A stretch of DNA of 48,833 nt from an uncultured Halieaceae bacterium (GCA_913048495.1 CAJWWA010000001.1:1-48833), one strand, 5' to 3'. Shown: positions 1 through 10,360, counted from the stretch's first letter. Made by a program: numbers and translations. The notes: a model not told the origin generated them from the sequence alone.

Positions 1-942
1 CCGCCGCTGCCGCCCGGGAAGCCGGTGGACGAGGGCGCTCCGGTGGCCGCGGAGAGCGACTGGGAGGAGGAGCCGGAGGACGGGGACAACGCCTGGGACC
101 CGCCGCCCGGTGACGGCGAGGATGCTTTCAACCGCGTGGTGGAGCGCGAGCTCAGCGAGCACCCCTACCTCGGCGACTCGGACGACGACGGCTGGAGCCT
201 GCCCACGGAGGACGATGAGTCGAGTGCAGCGGACTCGGACGCCGAGGACGATGCGCCCGCGGCCCCAGCCGGAATGGCGACTCCCGTCGCACCGGCCGAG
301 GCCCGGGAGGCGCCCGCGGCCGGCCGGCGGCGCTGGCCAATCGTATCGCTCGCCGTCGCCGCGCTCGCCCTCGCGCTGCTCGCCCTCGGCGGCGTCGGCG
401 TGGTGAAGGAGCGCAGTGAACTGCAGGCCCAGGTCCGGGACCTGCAGGCTCAGCTCGCGCGGCGCCCGACGGCCGAGGAGGCGCAGGGGGATCGCACGGC
501 GGCCCGGGAGCTACAGGCACGCGTGCAGGTGCTGGCGGCGGACCTCGCCTCCCTTGAGGGTGACTACGCGCTGCTCGAGGGTGAGCTGGCGGAGGCCCGG
601 GAACAGCTGGCGGACAGCGAGGCGGCACTCGAGACCGCCCGGTCGGAAGTCGCCGCGGCGAAGGCCGCGAGCGAACGCCCCGCGGCCGCGGCACCCGCGG
701 CCAGCGGCGGCTGGTTCGTCAACTTCGGCACCTATGCGCAGCGAAGCGACGCGGCGTCCCGGGCGTCCCGGCTCACAGTGGACAAGGGCGAGGTGGTGAT
801 TCAGGATGCGCAGAGCGGTGGACGCACCCTCTATCGCGTGCGCGTGGTCGGCCTCGCCAGCCGCGCTGCCGCGGAGTCGGTCGCCAGGGACCTCGAGGCC
901 CGTTTCGGGCTGTCAAAGCTGTGGATCGGCAGGGCGAACTAG
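1..942 (+). CDS. SPOR-domain membrane protein (acidic N-terminus, TM helix, coiled coil); probably 5'-truncated by the window edge
   Basis: Frame is open from base 1. D/E-rich region, TM segment IVSLAVAALALALLALGGVGVV, heptad-rich coil, C-terminal GWFVNFGTY...LYRVRVVGL SPOR-like domain. Confidence 0.75.
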   Translation, partial: PPLPPGKPVDEGAPVAAESDWEEEPEDGDNAWDPPPGDGEDAFNRVVERELSEHPYLGDSDDDGWSLPTEDDESSAADSDAEDDAPAAPAGMATPVAPAEAREAPAAGRRRWPIVSLAVAALALALLALGGVGVVKERSELQAQVRDLQAQLARRPTAEEAQGDRTAARELQARVQVLAADLASLEGDYALLEGELAEAREQLADSEAALETARSEVAAAKAASERPAAAAPAASGGWFVNFGTYAQRSDAASRASRLTVDKGEVVIQDAQSGGRTLYRVRVVGLASRAAAESVARDLEARFGLSKLWIGRAN

Positions 943-1000
943 CTATCAATAAAGACAGGCCTCGACGCCGAGCAAGGGGCCAGAACCGGGAGGACCTGCA

Positions 1001-1369
1001 ATGAAGAAGACAAGCTGTGCACTGTTGCTGGCGCTCTGTGCGAGCGCCGGCGCCCGCGCCGAGTGCAACGCGCCGGAGCAGCCGACGCTGCCCGACGGCG
1101 CCGAGGCGTCCATGGAAGAGATGCTGGCCGGCCAGAAGGCGGTGAAGTCCTTCCAGGAGGCCAACATGGACTACATGAAGTGCATGGAAGCCCGCATGGA
1201 GGCGGCCAAGCAGGCGGGCGAGGATGCCGAGACCAAGGACGCCCGCAAAGCGGCCCTGGAGACGTACACCGCCGCCGTCGAGGCGTACAACAAGGCGGTT
1301 TCCGCCGAGGAGACCGTGGCCGGCGACTTTAACACGCAGGTGCGCGAGTACAAGGCCGCCAACAAGTAG
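1001..1369 (+). CDS. Secreted small helical hypothetical protein
   Basis: GGAGGA RBS upstream; signal peptide ending ARA; two Cys in the mature part; strong GC3 codon bias. Confidence 0.75.
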   Translation: MKKTSCALLLALCASAGARAECNAPEQPTLPDGAEASMEEMLAGQKAVKSFQEANMDYMKCMEARMEAAKQAGEDAETKDARKAALETYTAAVEAYNKAVSAEETVAGDFNTQVREYKAANK

Positions 1370-1420
1370 CGCACGCCGGCCCCCGGCCGGCCCAGAACAA
1401 TAACGCGCCAGGGGGTACCC

Positions 1421-2635
1421 ATGGAGCCTTGCAGGCCGCGGCTGCTGGCCGCGCTTGTACTGTTGCTGGTAATGCCGCTTGCGCCGTTGCTTGCGCTGCC
1501 GGCCGTCGCCGAGGATTTCCGCCTGAGCGACCAGTGCCCGCCGGGCTTCGAACAGCTGGGCGGTGATGTCTGCCGCCTCGCCACCCTCTACGACCAGTAC
1601 GGCTCCCTCCGGGGTCGCGGTGTCGGCGGCACGCGCACGGGCCTGCCGCCGCGCCGCGACGGCTTCACCGCGCAGCAGATCGACCTCGGCCGCTACCTGT
1701 TCTTCGACCCGCTCCTGTCCGCCGACGGCAGCCTCTCCTGCGCCAGCTGCCACGACCCCGCCCTGGGCTTCGCCGACGGCCGCGGGCGCAGCACCGGGCT
1801 GCACGGCGAGGCGCTGCCGCGGGGAGCGCCGACACTGTGGAACAGCGCCTTCCTGCAGCACTTCTTCTGGGACGCCCGCGCCGACTCCCTCGAGGCGCAG
1901 CTGACCGGCCCCCTCTACGCCCCCGAGGAGATGGGCAACAACCCCGCCGACCTGCTCGCGGCGCTGCGCGGCAACGACGCCTACCCGGTCCTGTTCCGCG
2001 CCGCCTTCGGTGACGACAGCGGGCCCATCGACACGGCGCAGGTGTACGCGGCCCTGGCGGCCTTCGAGGCGTCCCTCGTCTCCCTGAACAGCCGCTACGA
2101 CCGCTATGCCCACGGCGACCACAGCGCCCTGGATGCCGAGGAGATCGCCGGCCTCAATGTGTTCCGCTCCTTCGTCGCGCGCTGCGCCGAGTGCCACACG
2201 CCACCGCTGTTCACGAACCAGCAGGTGGCGGTGATCGGCAGCCCGGAGCCGCCGGGGCTGGCCCGTGACATCGGTGCCGAGGCCACCCTCGGCAGCCCGA
2301 AGCTGCGTGGCGCCTTCAAGGTGCCGACCTTGCGCAACATCGCCCGGACCGCGCCCTACATGCACTCGGGCCGCTTCGAGACGCTGGACGAGGTGGTCAC
2401 CTTCTATAATGGCGGCCGCGGCCACGCGGTGCCCGAGGGCGAGGCGCTGCAGCTGCACTGGCACATCGTCAGCCCGGACCTCGCCGACCACGAACTCGAG
2501 CAGCTGGTGGCCTTCCTCGGCACCCTGACCGATGAACGATTCCTGCCTCGCGTGCCGACGCAGGTGCCCTCCGGCCTGGCGGTCGGTGGGCGCAGCGCGC
2601 GCGAGGCCCCAACCCCCACGGGAGATGCCCCATGA
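1421..2635 (+). CDS. Diheme cytochrome c peroxidase / MauG-family protein
   Basis: Signal peptide; LGRYLFFDPLLS, CASCH, FWDARA, CAECH, FKVPTLRNIARTAPYMHSG motifs. Confidence 0.9.
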   Translation: MEPCRPRLLAALVLLLVMPLAPLLALPAVAEDFRLSDQCPPGFEQLGGDVCRLATLYDQYGSLRGRGVGGTRTGLPPRRDGFTAQQIDLGRYLFFDPLLSADGSLSCASCHDPALGFADGRGRSTGLHGEALPRGAPTLWNSAFLQHFFWDARADSLEAQLTGPLYAPEEMGNNPADLLAALRGNDAYPVLFRAAFGDDSGPIDTAQVYAALAAFEASLVSLNSRYDRYAHGDHSALDAEEIAGLNVFRSFVARCAECHTPPLFTNQQVAVIGSPEPPGLARDIGAEATLGSPKLRGAFKVPTLRNIARTAPYMHSGRFETLDEVVTFYNGGRGHAVPEGEALQLHWHIVSPDLADHELEQLVAFLGTLTDERFLPRVPTQVPSGLAVGGRSAREAPTPTGDAP

Positions 2636-4140
2636 AAATCGGCAAGCTCATCCTCGCGCTGCTGGTCCTCGCCGTCGCCTTCGGCGGCGGGCTCTGGTAC
2701 GGCAAGCAGCAGTCCACCACCATCATCGCCGCCAACGACGCCGGCGGCAGCTACGGCGGCGGCTTCCGCAGCGCCGAGCCGGACGCGAAGCCCCGGGCCA
2801 CCGCCGCCCGCGGCCCCGGCGGCACGGTACACCAGGTGCGCGAGGGCCAGGCGATCCAGGACGCGGTCAACGCCGCCGAGCCCGGCGACACGATCCGCAT
2901 CTTCCCGGGCACCTACACCGAGACCGTGTACATCGACAAGGACGGCATCCGCCTCATCGGCGTCATCGAGCAGGGCAACTGGCCGACGCTGGAGGGGGAG
3001 AAGCGCCTGAACGACGCCATCCTCTATTCCGGCAACGATATCGTGGTGGAGAACCTCAAGATCACCAACTACAAGGGCAACGGGATCATGGGGCAGGCGG
3101 GGAACAACTTCGAGATCCGCAACAACCTGATCATCGACACCGGGGTCTACGGCATCTTCCCGCAGCTCGGGCAGAACGGCATCGTCGAGGACAACGTCGT
3201 CTCCGGCATCGAGGACGCGGCCATCTACGTGGGCATGAGCGACAACATCCACGTGGCGGGGAACGAGGTGTTCGACTCCGTCGCCGGCATCGAGATCGAG
3301 AACAGCCGCCACGCCATCGTCGAGAACAACTACGTGCACCACAACACCGGCGGCGTCCTCGCCTTCATCACGCCGGGGCTGCCGATCAAGACCACCTACG
3401 ACGTGATCATCCGCGACAACTTCATCGTCGACAACAACACGCCGAACTTCGGCGCCCCGGGCTCCACGGTGGCGGGGATTCCCGCGGGCACCGGCGTGCT
3501 CATCATGGCCGCTGACGAGGTGGTCATCGAGAACAACATCATCCGCGACCACCAGACCGCGGGCATCCTCGTCGTGGACCACGCCAACGCCTCGAACATC
3601 ACCGCCGACCCGGATGCCGACCCGGCGCCCGACCAGGTCGCGATCCTCGACAACCTGATGCTCAACAACGGCTACGACACCATCGACGAAGTGCGCGCGC
3701 TCATGCTCGCGACCATGACCCGCGGCACCCCGGACATCGTCCGCGCCGGCGAAGTGCGCGACAGCTGCATCCGCAACCGGCACCGCTACATCACGGTGGG
3801 CCTCGGCGACTTCGCCGACTGCGACTTCGCCAACACCGACAACATCGACAACTACCTGCTGCCGGAGCCGGTGCCGCCGCGGGAGATCGATCCCTCGGAG
3901 CAGGGCAAGCTGACCTATCTCGGCATCTGCACCGGCTGCCACAGCTACAAGGGCATCCTCATCGGCCCGCCGGTGGAGATGATCCAGGCCATGTACAAGG
4001 ATGATCCGGAGGGGATCGCCGCCTACATCGCGGACCCGGTGAAGAAGCGGCCGACCTTCCCGGAGATGCCGCCGCAGGACTACCTCGCACCGGAGGTGCG
4101 GCTGGCCGTGGCCGAGTACCTGCTGACCGTGGGCAACTAA
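2632..4140 (+). CDS. Membrane-anchored parallel beta-helix repeat protein with C-terminal cytochrome c domain
   Basis: ATGA overlap with the upstream gene; N-terminal TM; IQDAVNAAEPGDTIRIFPGTY followed by Asn/Ile-rich PbH1-type repeats; CTGCH plus downstream MPPQ. Confidence 0.85.
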   Translation: MKIGKLILALLVLAVAFGGGLWYGKQQSTTIIAANDAGGSYGGGFRSAEPDAKPRATAARGPGGTVHQVREGQAIQDAVNAAEPGDTIRIFPGTYTETVYIDKDGIRLIGVIEQGNWPTLEGEKRLNDAILYSGNDIVVENLKITNYKGNGIMGQAGNNFEIRNNLIIDTGVYGIFPQLGQNGIVEDNVVSGIEDAAIYVGMSDNIHVAGNEVFDSVAGIEIENSRHAIVENNYVHHNTGGVLAFITPGLPIKTTYDVIIRDNFIVDNNTPNFGAPGSTVAGIPAGTGVLIMAADEVVIENNIIRDHQTAGILVVDHANASNITADPDADPAPDQVAILDNLMLNNGYDTIDEVRALMLATMTRGTPDIVRAGEVRDSCIRNRHRYITVGLGDFADCDFANTDNIDNYLLPEPVPPREIDPSEQGKLTYLGICTGCHSYKGILIGPPVEMIQAMYKDDPEGIAAYIADPVKKRPTFPEMPPQDYLAPEVRLAVAEYLLTVGN

Positions 4141-4262
4141 GTGGCCGCATAAGCTTAGAAAGAATCCGTCTTTCCCCGCGCTCCCGGCCGAGTTAGGCTT
4201 CGCGCCGCTATCGTCCGGCAGCGTTCGCTGCCGGCAATCATCCATCGATCCGCGAGTCACCC

Positions 4263-5518
4263 ATGCTTCGACCGCTCCGCGCCCTGGCCCTGCTGCCGGC
4301 GCTCGCCGCCCCCATGGTTTCGGCCACCAACGGCTACTTCACCCACGGCGTGGGGCTGCGCGCCCAGGGCATGGCCGGCGTCAGCATCGCGCTGCCCCAG
4401 GACGCGCTCGCTGCGGCCACCAACCCCGCCGGCACGGCCCTGGTCGGGACCGCTTCGACGTGGAGGCCACCTGGTTCCGGCCGGAGCGCGGCGCCCGCAT
4501 CGTCGGCAACGGTTTCGGCGCCGACGGCAGCTACGATGGCAACGACGACGCCTGGTTCCTGCTGCCGGCGCTGGGCTACACGAAGCGCCTCGACCACGGG
4601 CTGAGCTGGGGCGTGGCGCTCTGCGGCAACGGCGGCATGAACACCGGCTACGAGAGCAACCCCTTCGCGGCCTACGGCGGCACGGGCACCGCGGGCGTCG
4701 ACCTCGCCCAGGTCTTCCTGACGCCCTCGCTGGCCTGGAGCCGGGGCGGGCACAGCGTCGGTGTGGCCGTCACCGGCGCCTACCAGCGCTTCGAGGCGCG
4801 CGGTCTCGGGCCCTTCGACAACCCCGTTTTCAGCAGCCGGCCCGGCGCCGTCACCGACCTCGGCCACGATGAAAGCACCGGCTGGGGGGTCAAGATCGGC
4901 TGGCACGGCCAGTTGACGCCGACCCTGGCGCTCGGCGCGACCTGGTCCTCCAAGCTCTCCATGGACGAGTTCGACGACTACGCGGGGCTGTTCGCCGACG
5001 GCGGCAGCTTCGACATCCCCGAAAACTACGGTGCGGGTCTGAGCTGGCAGGCAACGCCGGCGCTCACGCTCGCCGCGGACTGGCAGCACATCCGCTACGG
5101 TGACATCCCCGCGGTCGCCAACTCGCTGGCGCCGCTGCTCTCGGGCGTGCCCCTCGGCGCTGACAACGGTCCCGGCTTCGGCTGGGAGGACCGCGACGTG
5201 TGGAAGCTGGGCGCGCGCTACCGCGTGGGCGAAACGCTCACCCTGCGCGCCGGTTACAGCACCATGAACCAGCCGATACCGGCGAACGAGACCTTCATCA
5301 ACATCCTCGCCCCGGGCGTGATCGAGGAGCACGCGAGCATCGGCGCGAGCTGGCGACCGCGCGGCGAAGAAGGCGGTGAGTGGACCTTCGCTTACACGCG
5401 GGCCCTTGAAAACACGGTACGCGGCAACGGCTCCATCCCGCCGGCCTTCGGCGGCGGCGAGGTGGACCTGACCATGCACCAGGACATCCTGGCGGTGGGA
5501 TACAGCTGGCGGTTCTGA
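4263..5518 (+). pseudogene. FadL/OmpP1/TodX-family outer-membrane transporter, frameshifted near 4446-4449
   Basis: N-terminal ATNGYFTHGVG...GMAG...NPAG in one frame; the barrel continues in another frame and ends YSWRF. Adding one base at gtcgggaccgc gives ALVG-DRFDVEATW. Confidence 0.75.
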
Positions 5519-5531
5519 CCCGGCGGGGCGC

Positions 5532-6092
5532 TCAGCGCTCTTCGCTGCGGTCCCGGGGGAACAGCCAGAAGGCAAACCAGCGGGTCATGCGCGGCATCAG
5601 CACGTAGCTCATGAGCAGCATGACCACCGCGGTCACCAGCAGGGTGCGCAGCGGCAGCGGCAGGCGCGCCAGCAGGTCGCCGAAGAGCAGGAACACCAGC
5701 GTTACGGCGGGGTAGAGCGCCAGCCAGCTGACCAGGGTCATCTTGTAGCGCGGCGGCGGCTGCACCGGGTTCTGCCCCGGCAGGGTGAACCAGGTGACGA
5801 TGCCCGAGAGCACTTCGCGTTCGCTGGGCTCCTGCAGCAATGCCTCGATCTCACCGAGCAGCTCCGCGCGCTCGGCGGAGGACTCCCAAGCCGCGAGCGT
5901 TTCCCGGTCGCGGAATTTGAAGACGATGCGGTATTCCGGGTCCTCGGCGGCGGCTGGGCGGAACATCGTCGCACCGAGGTAACCGGGGAAAGCCGATGCC
6001 CGCTCGGTCATTGCCGTGCTGAGCGTCTCGAAGTCCGCCTCCCTGCCGCGCTGTACCCGCCGGGATACCACCACGGTTACCGGGTCGGCCAC
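5532..6092 (-). CDS. ABM (antibiotic biosynthesis monooxygenase)-domain protein with two C-terminal TM helices
   Basis: PVTVVVSRRV...FPGYLG...EYRIVFKF...W..S.ER pattern, then PPRYKM and two hydrophobic helices. Confidence 0.8.
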   Translation of the reverse strand: MADPVTVVVSRRVQRGREADFETLSTAMTERASAFPGYLGATMFRPAAAEDPEYRIVFKFRDRETLAAWESSAERAELLGEIEALLQEPSEREVLSGIVTWFTLPGQNPVQPPPRYKMTLVSWLALYPAVTLVFLLFGDLLARLPLPLRTLLVTAVVMLLMSYVLMPRMTRWFAFWLFPRDRSEER

Positions 6093-6122
6093 AGTCGTTC
6101 CCCTGCCATCTCCGGTGCAGCC

Positions 6123-6923
6123 CTACTGCGCGGTTGCGGGGGGCAGGTGGACGGCGACCTGCTCGCGGGCGGCTTGGCCGTCCCGTCTCAACTGCGCCAG
6201 GGTCTCGGTCGGGAAGTCCCGGCTGACGGCCTCGCGGTAGGAATCACGCTCCCGGCAGCGTTCGTACCAGCGCGTGACCCGGTCGCTATCGACGAAAAGA
6301 TCCAGCCAGTCAAACTGGTGCAGCGTCTGGAAATAGGGCGCCAGGCTCGCATCGGCCAGCGAAAACTGGCCGCCCGCCACCCACTCGGTTTCGGCCAGCG
6401 CGCGATCCATGGCCTGGATCAGCTCGCGATAGGTGCCGACTGCGGCGGAAACATCCGGCGCGTCGAGGCCGTGCTCGAGCAATCGGCGCTGGCGCTCCCG
6501 GCGCGGTGCTTCGGGGACCTGCGCCAGCAACGCCTCGCGCTCCTCGACAGGTTTCTCAAGCAGGGCGGGGCGCATGATCAGCGGCCACTGCAGGGCGCCA
6601 CAGGCGGGATGGAGCCGGTTGTCTACCTGCTTCATCCAGAAGCGCATGCGCGCGCGGGCATGCGCATCCGCCGGGCGAAGCGCGGGCCGGGGAAAGGCAT
6701 CCTCCAGGTACTCGCAGATAATACTCGATTCGATGACCGGCCTGCCTTCATGGACCAGCGTGGGAACTACCCCGAGCGGGTTCAGCGCGAGGTACTCCGG
6801 CCGGAGGTTCTCCTTCTGCGACAGTTCAACGTGGTGAGATGTCCACTCCAGGCCCTTCTCGTGAAGTACCAGCCGCACCTTCTGTGCGCAGGGCGACATG
6901 GGGTGTGTATAGAGCTCAAGCAT
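6123..6923 (-). CDS. Glutathione S-transferase family protein
   Basis: [32 protein letters not shown] motifs; start overlaps the dmpG stop. Confidence 0.9.
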   Translation of the reverse strand: MLELYTHPMSPCAQKVRLVLHEKGLEWTSHHVELSQKENLRPEYLALNPLGVVPTLVHEGRPVIESSIICEYLEDAFPRPALRPADAHARARMRFWMKQVDNRLHPACGALQWPLIMRPALLEKPVEEREALLAQVPEAPRRERQRRLLEHGLDAPDVSAAVGTYRELIQAMDRALAETEWVAGGQFSLADASLAPYFQTLHQFDWLDLFVDSDRVTRWYERCRERDSYREAVSRDFPTETLAQLRRDGQAAREQVAVHLPPATAQ

Positions 6924-7941
6924 GATTCCGTGCCATGTCGAGGGCCAGGTCCTCGATCATGTCCTCCTGGCCGCCGACGGTACCGCGGCGGCCCAGCTCG
7001 ACGAGGATGTCGCGGGCGGAGAGGCCGTACTTGTCGGCGCTGCGCTTGGCGAACAGCAGGAAGCTGGAGTAGACCCCGGCGAAGCCCAGCGTCAGCGAGT
7101 CGCGATCGACCCGGACCATATGCTCCATGAGCGGAACGATCAGGTCCTCGGCCACATCCATGGCCTTGAACAGGTCGACCCCGGTTTCCACGCCCATGCG
7201 CTCGCAGACGGCGATGAAAACCTCGAGCGGCGTGTTGCCCGCACCGGCGCCGAGGCCGGCGAGAGAGCCGTCGATGCGCGTCGCCCCCGCCTCCACGGCC
7301 GCCAGGGAGTTGGCGATGCCCATGCCCAGGTTGTGGTGGCCGTGGAAGCCGATCTCCGTCGCCGGGTCCAGCTTTTGACGGGCCAGGGCGATACGCGCGC
7401 TGACATCGTCCGGCAGCATGTAGCCCGCCGAATCCGTGATGTACACGCAGTTGGCGCCGTAGCCTTCCATGAGCTTGAGCTGCTCCACGAGCTGCTCCGG
7501 GGTCGCCATGTGCGCCATCATCAGGAAGCCCACGGTATCCAGGCCGTCGATCTTCGACGCCATGGTGAGGTGCTGCTCGGACACGTCGGCTTCGGTGCAG
7601 TGCGTGGCCACGCGGATCGTCGAGATACCACAGTCCAGCGCCATCTCCAGGTGATCGACGGTGCCGATACCGGGCAGGAGCAGCGCAGAGACCTTCGTCC
7701 GCTTCACCGCGCCGCAGACGGCACGCAGGTAGTCTTCGTCGCTCGCCGCCGGGAAGCCGTAATTCACGGAAGCGCCGCCCAGGCCGTCGCCGTGGGTCAC
7801 CTCGATCATCGGGATGCCGGCCTCATCCATGGCGGTCGCGATGGTGACCATCTCCTCGACGGAGATCTGGTGGCGCTTGGCGTGCATGCCGTCGCGCAGG
7901 CTCATGTCGTGCACGGTGATTTTCTTGCCGGAAAGGTCCAT
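6916..7941 (-). CDS. dmpG: 4-hydroxy-2-oxovalerate aldolase
   Basis: [43 protein letters not shown]. Confidence 0.95.
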   Translation of the reverse strand: MDLSGKKITVHDMSLRDGMHAKRHQISVEEMVTIATAMDEAGIPMIEVTHGDGLGGASVNYGFPAASDEDYLRAVCGAVKRTKVSALLLPGIGTVDHLEMALDCGISTIRVATHCTEADVSEQHLTMASKIDGLDTVGFLMMAHMATPEQLVEQLKLMEGYGANCVYITDSAGYMLPDDVSARIALARQKLDPATEIGFHGHHNLGMGIANSLAAVEAGATRIDGSLAGLGAGAGNTPLEVFIAVCERMGVETGVDLFKAMDVAEDLIVPLMEHMVRVDRDSLTLGFAGVYSSFLLFAKRSADKYGLSARDILVELGRRGTVGGQEDMIEDLALDMARNHA

Positions 7942-7958
7942 GGTCGTGTCCTCTTGCG

Positions 7959-8873
7959 TCAGGCCGCGTCGGCGCCGGGGGTGAAGGTGCCGGCGAGGAT
8001 TTCCTCGGCGTACATTTCCGCGGTGCGCAGCCCCGCGGCCGTCATGATGTCCAGGTTGCCCGCGTACTTCGGCAGGAAGTCACCGAGGCCTTCCACCTCG
8101 AGGTAGATCGAGACGCGATTGCCGTCAAAGACCGGGCCGTTCTTCAGGGTGTAGCCGGGTACGTACTGCTGTACCTCCGCCAGCATCGCCGCGACCGATT
8201 CGCGTATCGCCGCCTCGTCCGGCGCGCCCTCGGTCAGGCAGTGCACCGTGTCGCGCATGATCAGCGGCGGCTCGGCGGGGTTGATGATGATGATCGCCTT
8301 GCCGCGCTTCGCACCCCCCACCTTCTCGATGCCGCGCGCCGTGGTGCGGGTGAACTCGTCGATGTTCTTGCGCGTGCCGGGGCCGGCGGACTTCGAACTC
8401 ACCGTTGCGACGATCTCCGCGTACTCCACCGGCTGCACCCGGCTGACCGCCGCGACCATGGGAATCGTCGCCTGGCCGCCGCAGGTCACCATGTTCACGT
8501 TCATGGTGTGCGCCGCCACGGCCTCGGCGAGGTTGACCGGCGGCACGCAGAAGGGTCCGATGGCCGCCGGGGTCAGGTCGATCATGACCGCGCCCTGCTC
8601 GATCACCTTGCGGCTGTTCTCCGCGTGCACGTAAGCGCTGGTGGCATCGAAGACGACCTGGACGCCGTCTTCCTTCATGTGCGGCACCAGGCCGTCCACG
8701 CCCTCGGCGGTGGTCTTCAGGCCCATTTCTTTCGCCCGGGCAAGCCCGGGGGAGTCCGGGACCACGCCGACCATCCATACCGGTTCGATGACCTCGCTGC
8801 GCATGGCCTTGGTCAGCAGGTCCGTGCCGATGTTGCCCGGGCCGATGATGGCCGCCTTCACTTTCTCGCTCAT
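7959..8873 (-). CDS. dmpF: Acetaldehyde dehydrogenase (acylating)
   Basis: [43 protein letters not shown]. Confidence 0.95.
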   Translation of the reverse strand: MSEKVKAAIIGPGNIGTDLLTKAMRSEVIEPVWMVGVVPDSPGLARAKEMGLKTTAEGVDGLVPHMKEDGVQVVFDATSAYVHAENSRKVIEQGAVMIDLTPAAIGPFCVPPVNLAEAVAAHTMNVNMVTCGGQATIPMVAAVSRVQPVEYAEIVATVSSKSAGPGTRKNIDEFTRTTARGIEKVGGAKRGKAIIIINPAEPPLIMRDTVHCLTEGAPDEAAIRESVAAMLAEVQQYVPGYTLKNGPVFDGNRVSIYLEVEGLGDFLPKYAGNLDIMTAAGLRTAEMYAEEILAGTFTPGADAA

Positions 8874-8912
8874 GGCTCGTTCTCTCGCTGGATTGCGTAC
8901 GCGTCTGTGTTG

Positions 8913-9701
8913 CTAGCTGAAGCTGCAGCTGCAGCCGCCGATGCCCTCGAGCTCGAGGGCGAAGCGGTCTCCCGGCGCGGCGGGGATCAGCGGCGCCAGG
9001 GAGCCGGACAGGATCACCTCGCCGGCGCGGAAGGGAATGCCGAACTCGCCGAGCGTATTGGCGAGCCAGGCCACCGCGGTAAGCGGGTTGCCCTGCACGG
9101 CGCTGCCCAGGCCCTCGCTGTGCAACTCGCCGTTGTGGTAGATGCGCATTTTCAGGTTCGGCAGGTCGAAGTTGCGCGGGTCCACCTCCGTCTTCCCGAG
9201 CACGTAGACCCCGCAGGAGGCGTTGTCGGCCACCGTGTCCTGGATGCGGATCTTCCAGTCCGCGATGCGCGAATCGACGATCTCGAAGCAGGGAATGATG
9301 CTCTCCGTGGCATCGAGCACATCCGCTTCTGTTACACCGGGACCATTCAGGTCCTTGCGCAGGCGAAAGGCGATCTCGCCCTCGGCCCGCGGCGCGATCA
9401 GCTGTCCGGCGACGGGAATTTCTGCACCGTCCGGGTACACCATCGCGTCGGTGAGGAAGCCGAAGTCCGGCTGGAAGACCCCCAGCATGTCCTGCACCGG
9501 CTTGCTGGTGACGCCGATCTTCTTACCGACCACCTGCTCGCCATCGCGCTGCTCGCGCAGGGCGAGCATGGCGCGGCTGATGTGGTAGGCGTCCTCGAGG
9601 GCAAGCTCCGGGTAGCGCTCGGTCAGCGGCGCCACCGGCCGGCAGGACCGCAGGGCCTCGTAGAGTTCCAGGCCCAGGGCCTCGATTTGCGATGTTTCCA
9701 T
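8913..9701 (-). CDS. dmpE: 2-oxopent-4-enoate hydratase
   Basis: Start reassigned to METSQIEALG after a GAGGAAGAG RBS; GKKIGVTS, QPDFGFL, EIVDSRI, DTVADNAS. Confidence 0.9.
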   Translation of the reverse strand: METSQIEALGLELYEALRSCRPVAPLTERYPELALEDAYHISRAMLALREQRDGEQVVGKKIGVTSKPVQDMLGVFQPDFGFLTDAMVYPDGAEIPVAGQLIAPRAEGEIAFRLRKDLNGPGVTEADVLDATESIIPCFEIVDSRIADWKIRIQDTVADNASCGVYVLGKTEVDPRNFDLPNLKMRIYHNGELHSEGLGSAVQGNPLTAVAWLANTLGEFGIPFRAGEVILSGSLAPLIPAAPGDRFALELEGIGGCSCSFS

Positions 9702-9720
9702 CCTGTTCTCTTCCTCTGCT

Positions 9721-10341
9721 TCAGCCCCGTGGGAGGCCGATGAACTGATTGGGGTAGGCCTGCTGCCAGGCCGGGCGCGCCTTGAGCCGCTCGAACCAGG
9801 CCGCGAGATTGCCGTGGCGCCGGAAGGTATCGATACCGTAGGCTTCGGCGACACCGAGCCGCGGGCCGAGGGCACAATCGGCAACGGAAAAGGTGCCGGC
9901 AAACCAGGGCTTGTCGCCGAGACGCGCGGCGAGATCGGCGAGGCGTTCCCCCCAACGGGCCAGTCCCTGTTCCACGCGGGATGCGTGGCGCTCACCCGGT
10001 GCCTTGCTCCGCAGCTCGAAAACCGCATCCTTGAGCCCCTCGGCAGCGAGCCGGTCCGAATAGGCCTCGAGCAGCCGTACCGCGGCGCGGGCCGACGGCG
10101 TGCTGCCATAGAGCCCACCGCTGCCGAGCTCGTCGAGATAGCCGCAGATCACGGCGCTCTCCCAGAGAGCCAGTTCGCCATCCGTGAGCACGGGGACCGT
10201 CGCCGTGGGGCTGAGCCGGCTCACCTCCGGGTGCGGGTCGCCCGGCCTGGACGCGACGAGGTCGAGGGCGACACCGAGCTCCGCCGCCGCCAGCCGGACC
10301 TTCCAGCAGAAGGGACAGTCGGTTCGCTCGAAGACCTGCAT
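9721..10341 (-). CDS. Glutathione S-transferase family protein
   Basis: CPFCWKVR, VPVL, ESAVICGYLDE, FSVAD. Confidence 0.85.
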   Translation of the reverse strand: MQVFERTDCPFCWKVRLAAAELGVALDLVASRPGDPHPEVSRLSPTATVPVLTDGELALWESAVICGYLDELGSGGLYGSTPSARAAVRLLEAYSDRLAAEGLKDAVFELRSKAPGERHASRVEQGLARWGERLADLAARLGDKPWFAGTFSVADCALGPRLGVAEAYGIDTFRRHGNLAAWFERLKARPAWQQAYPNQFIGLPRG

Positions 10342-10360
10342 GACAGCCGACGCGTGTTTC

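Noticed and set aside
9702-10118. Long N-terminal extensions on the ORF-track versions of dmpE (and of DUF1329, dmpM, DUF47 and nsrR)
   Set aside because: They overlap upstream genes in other frames; downstream starts with an RBS or stop-start overlap give family-typical lengths.
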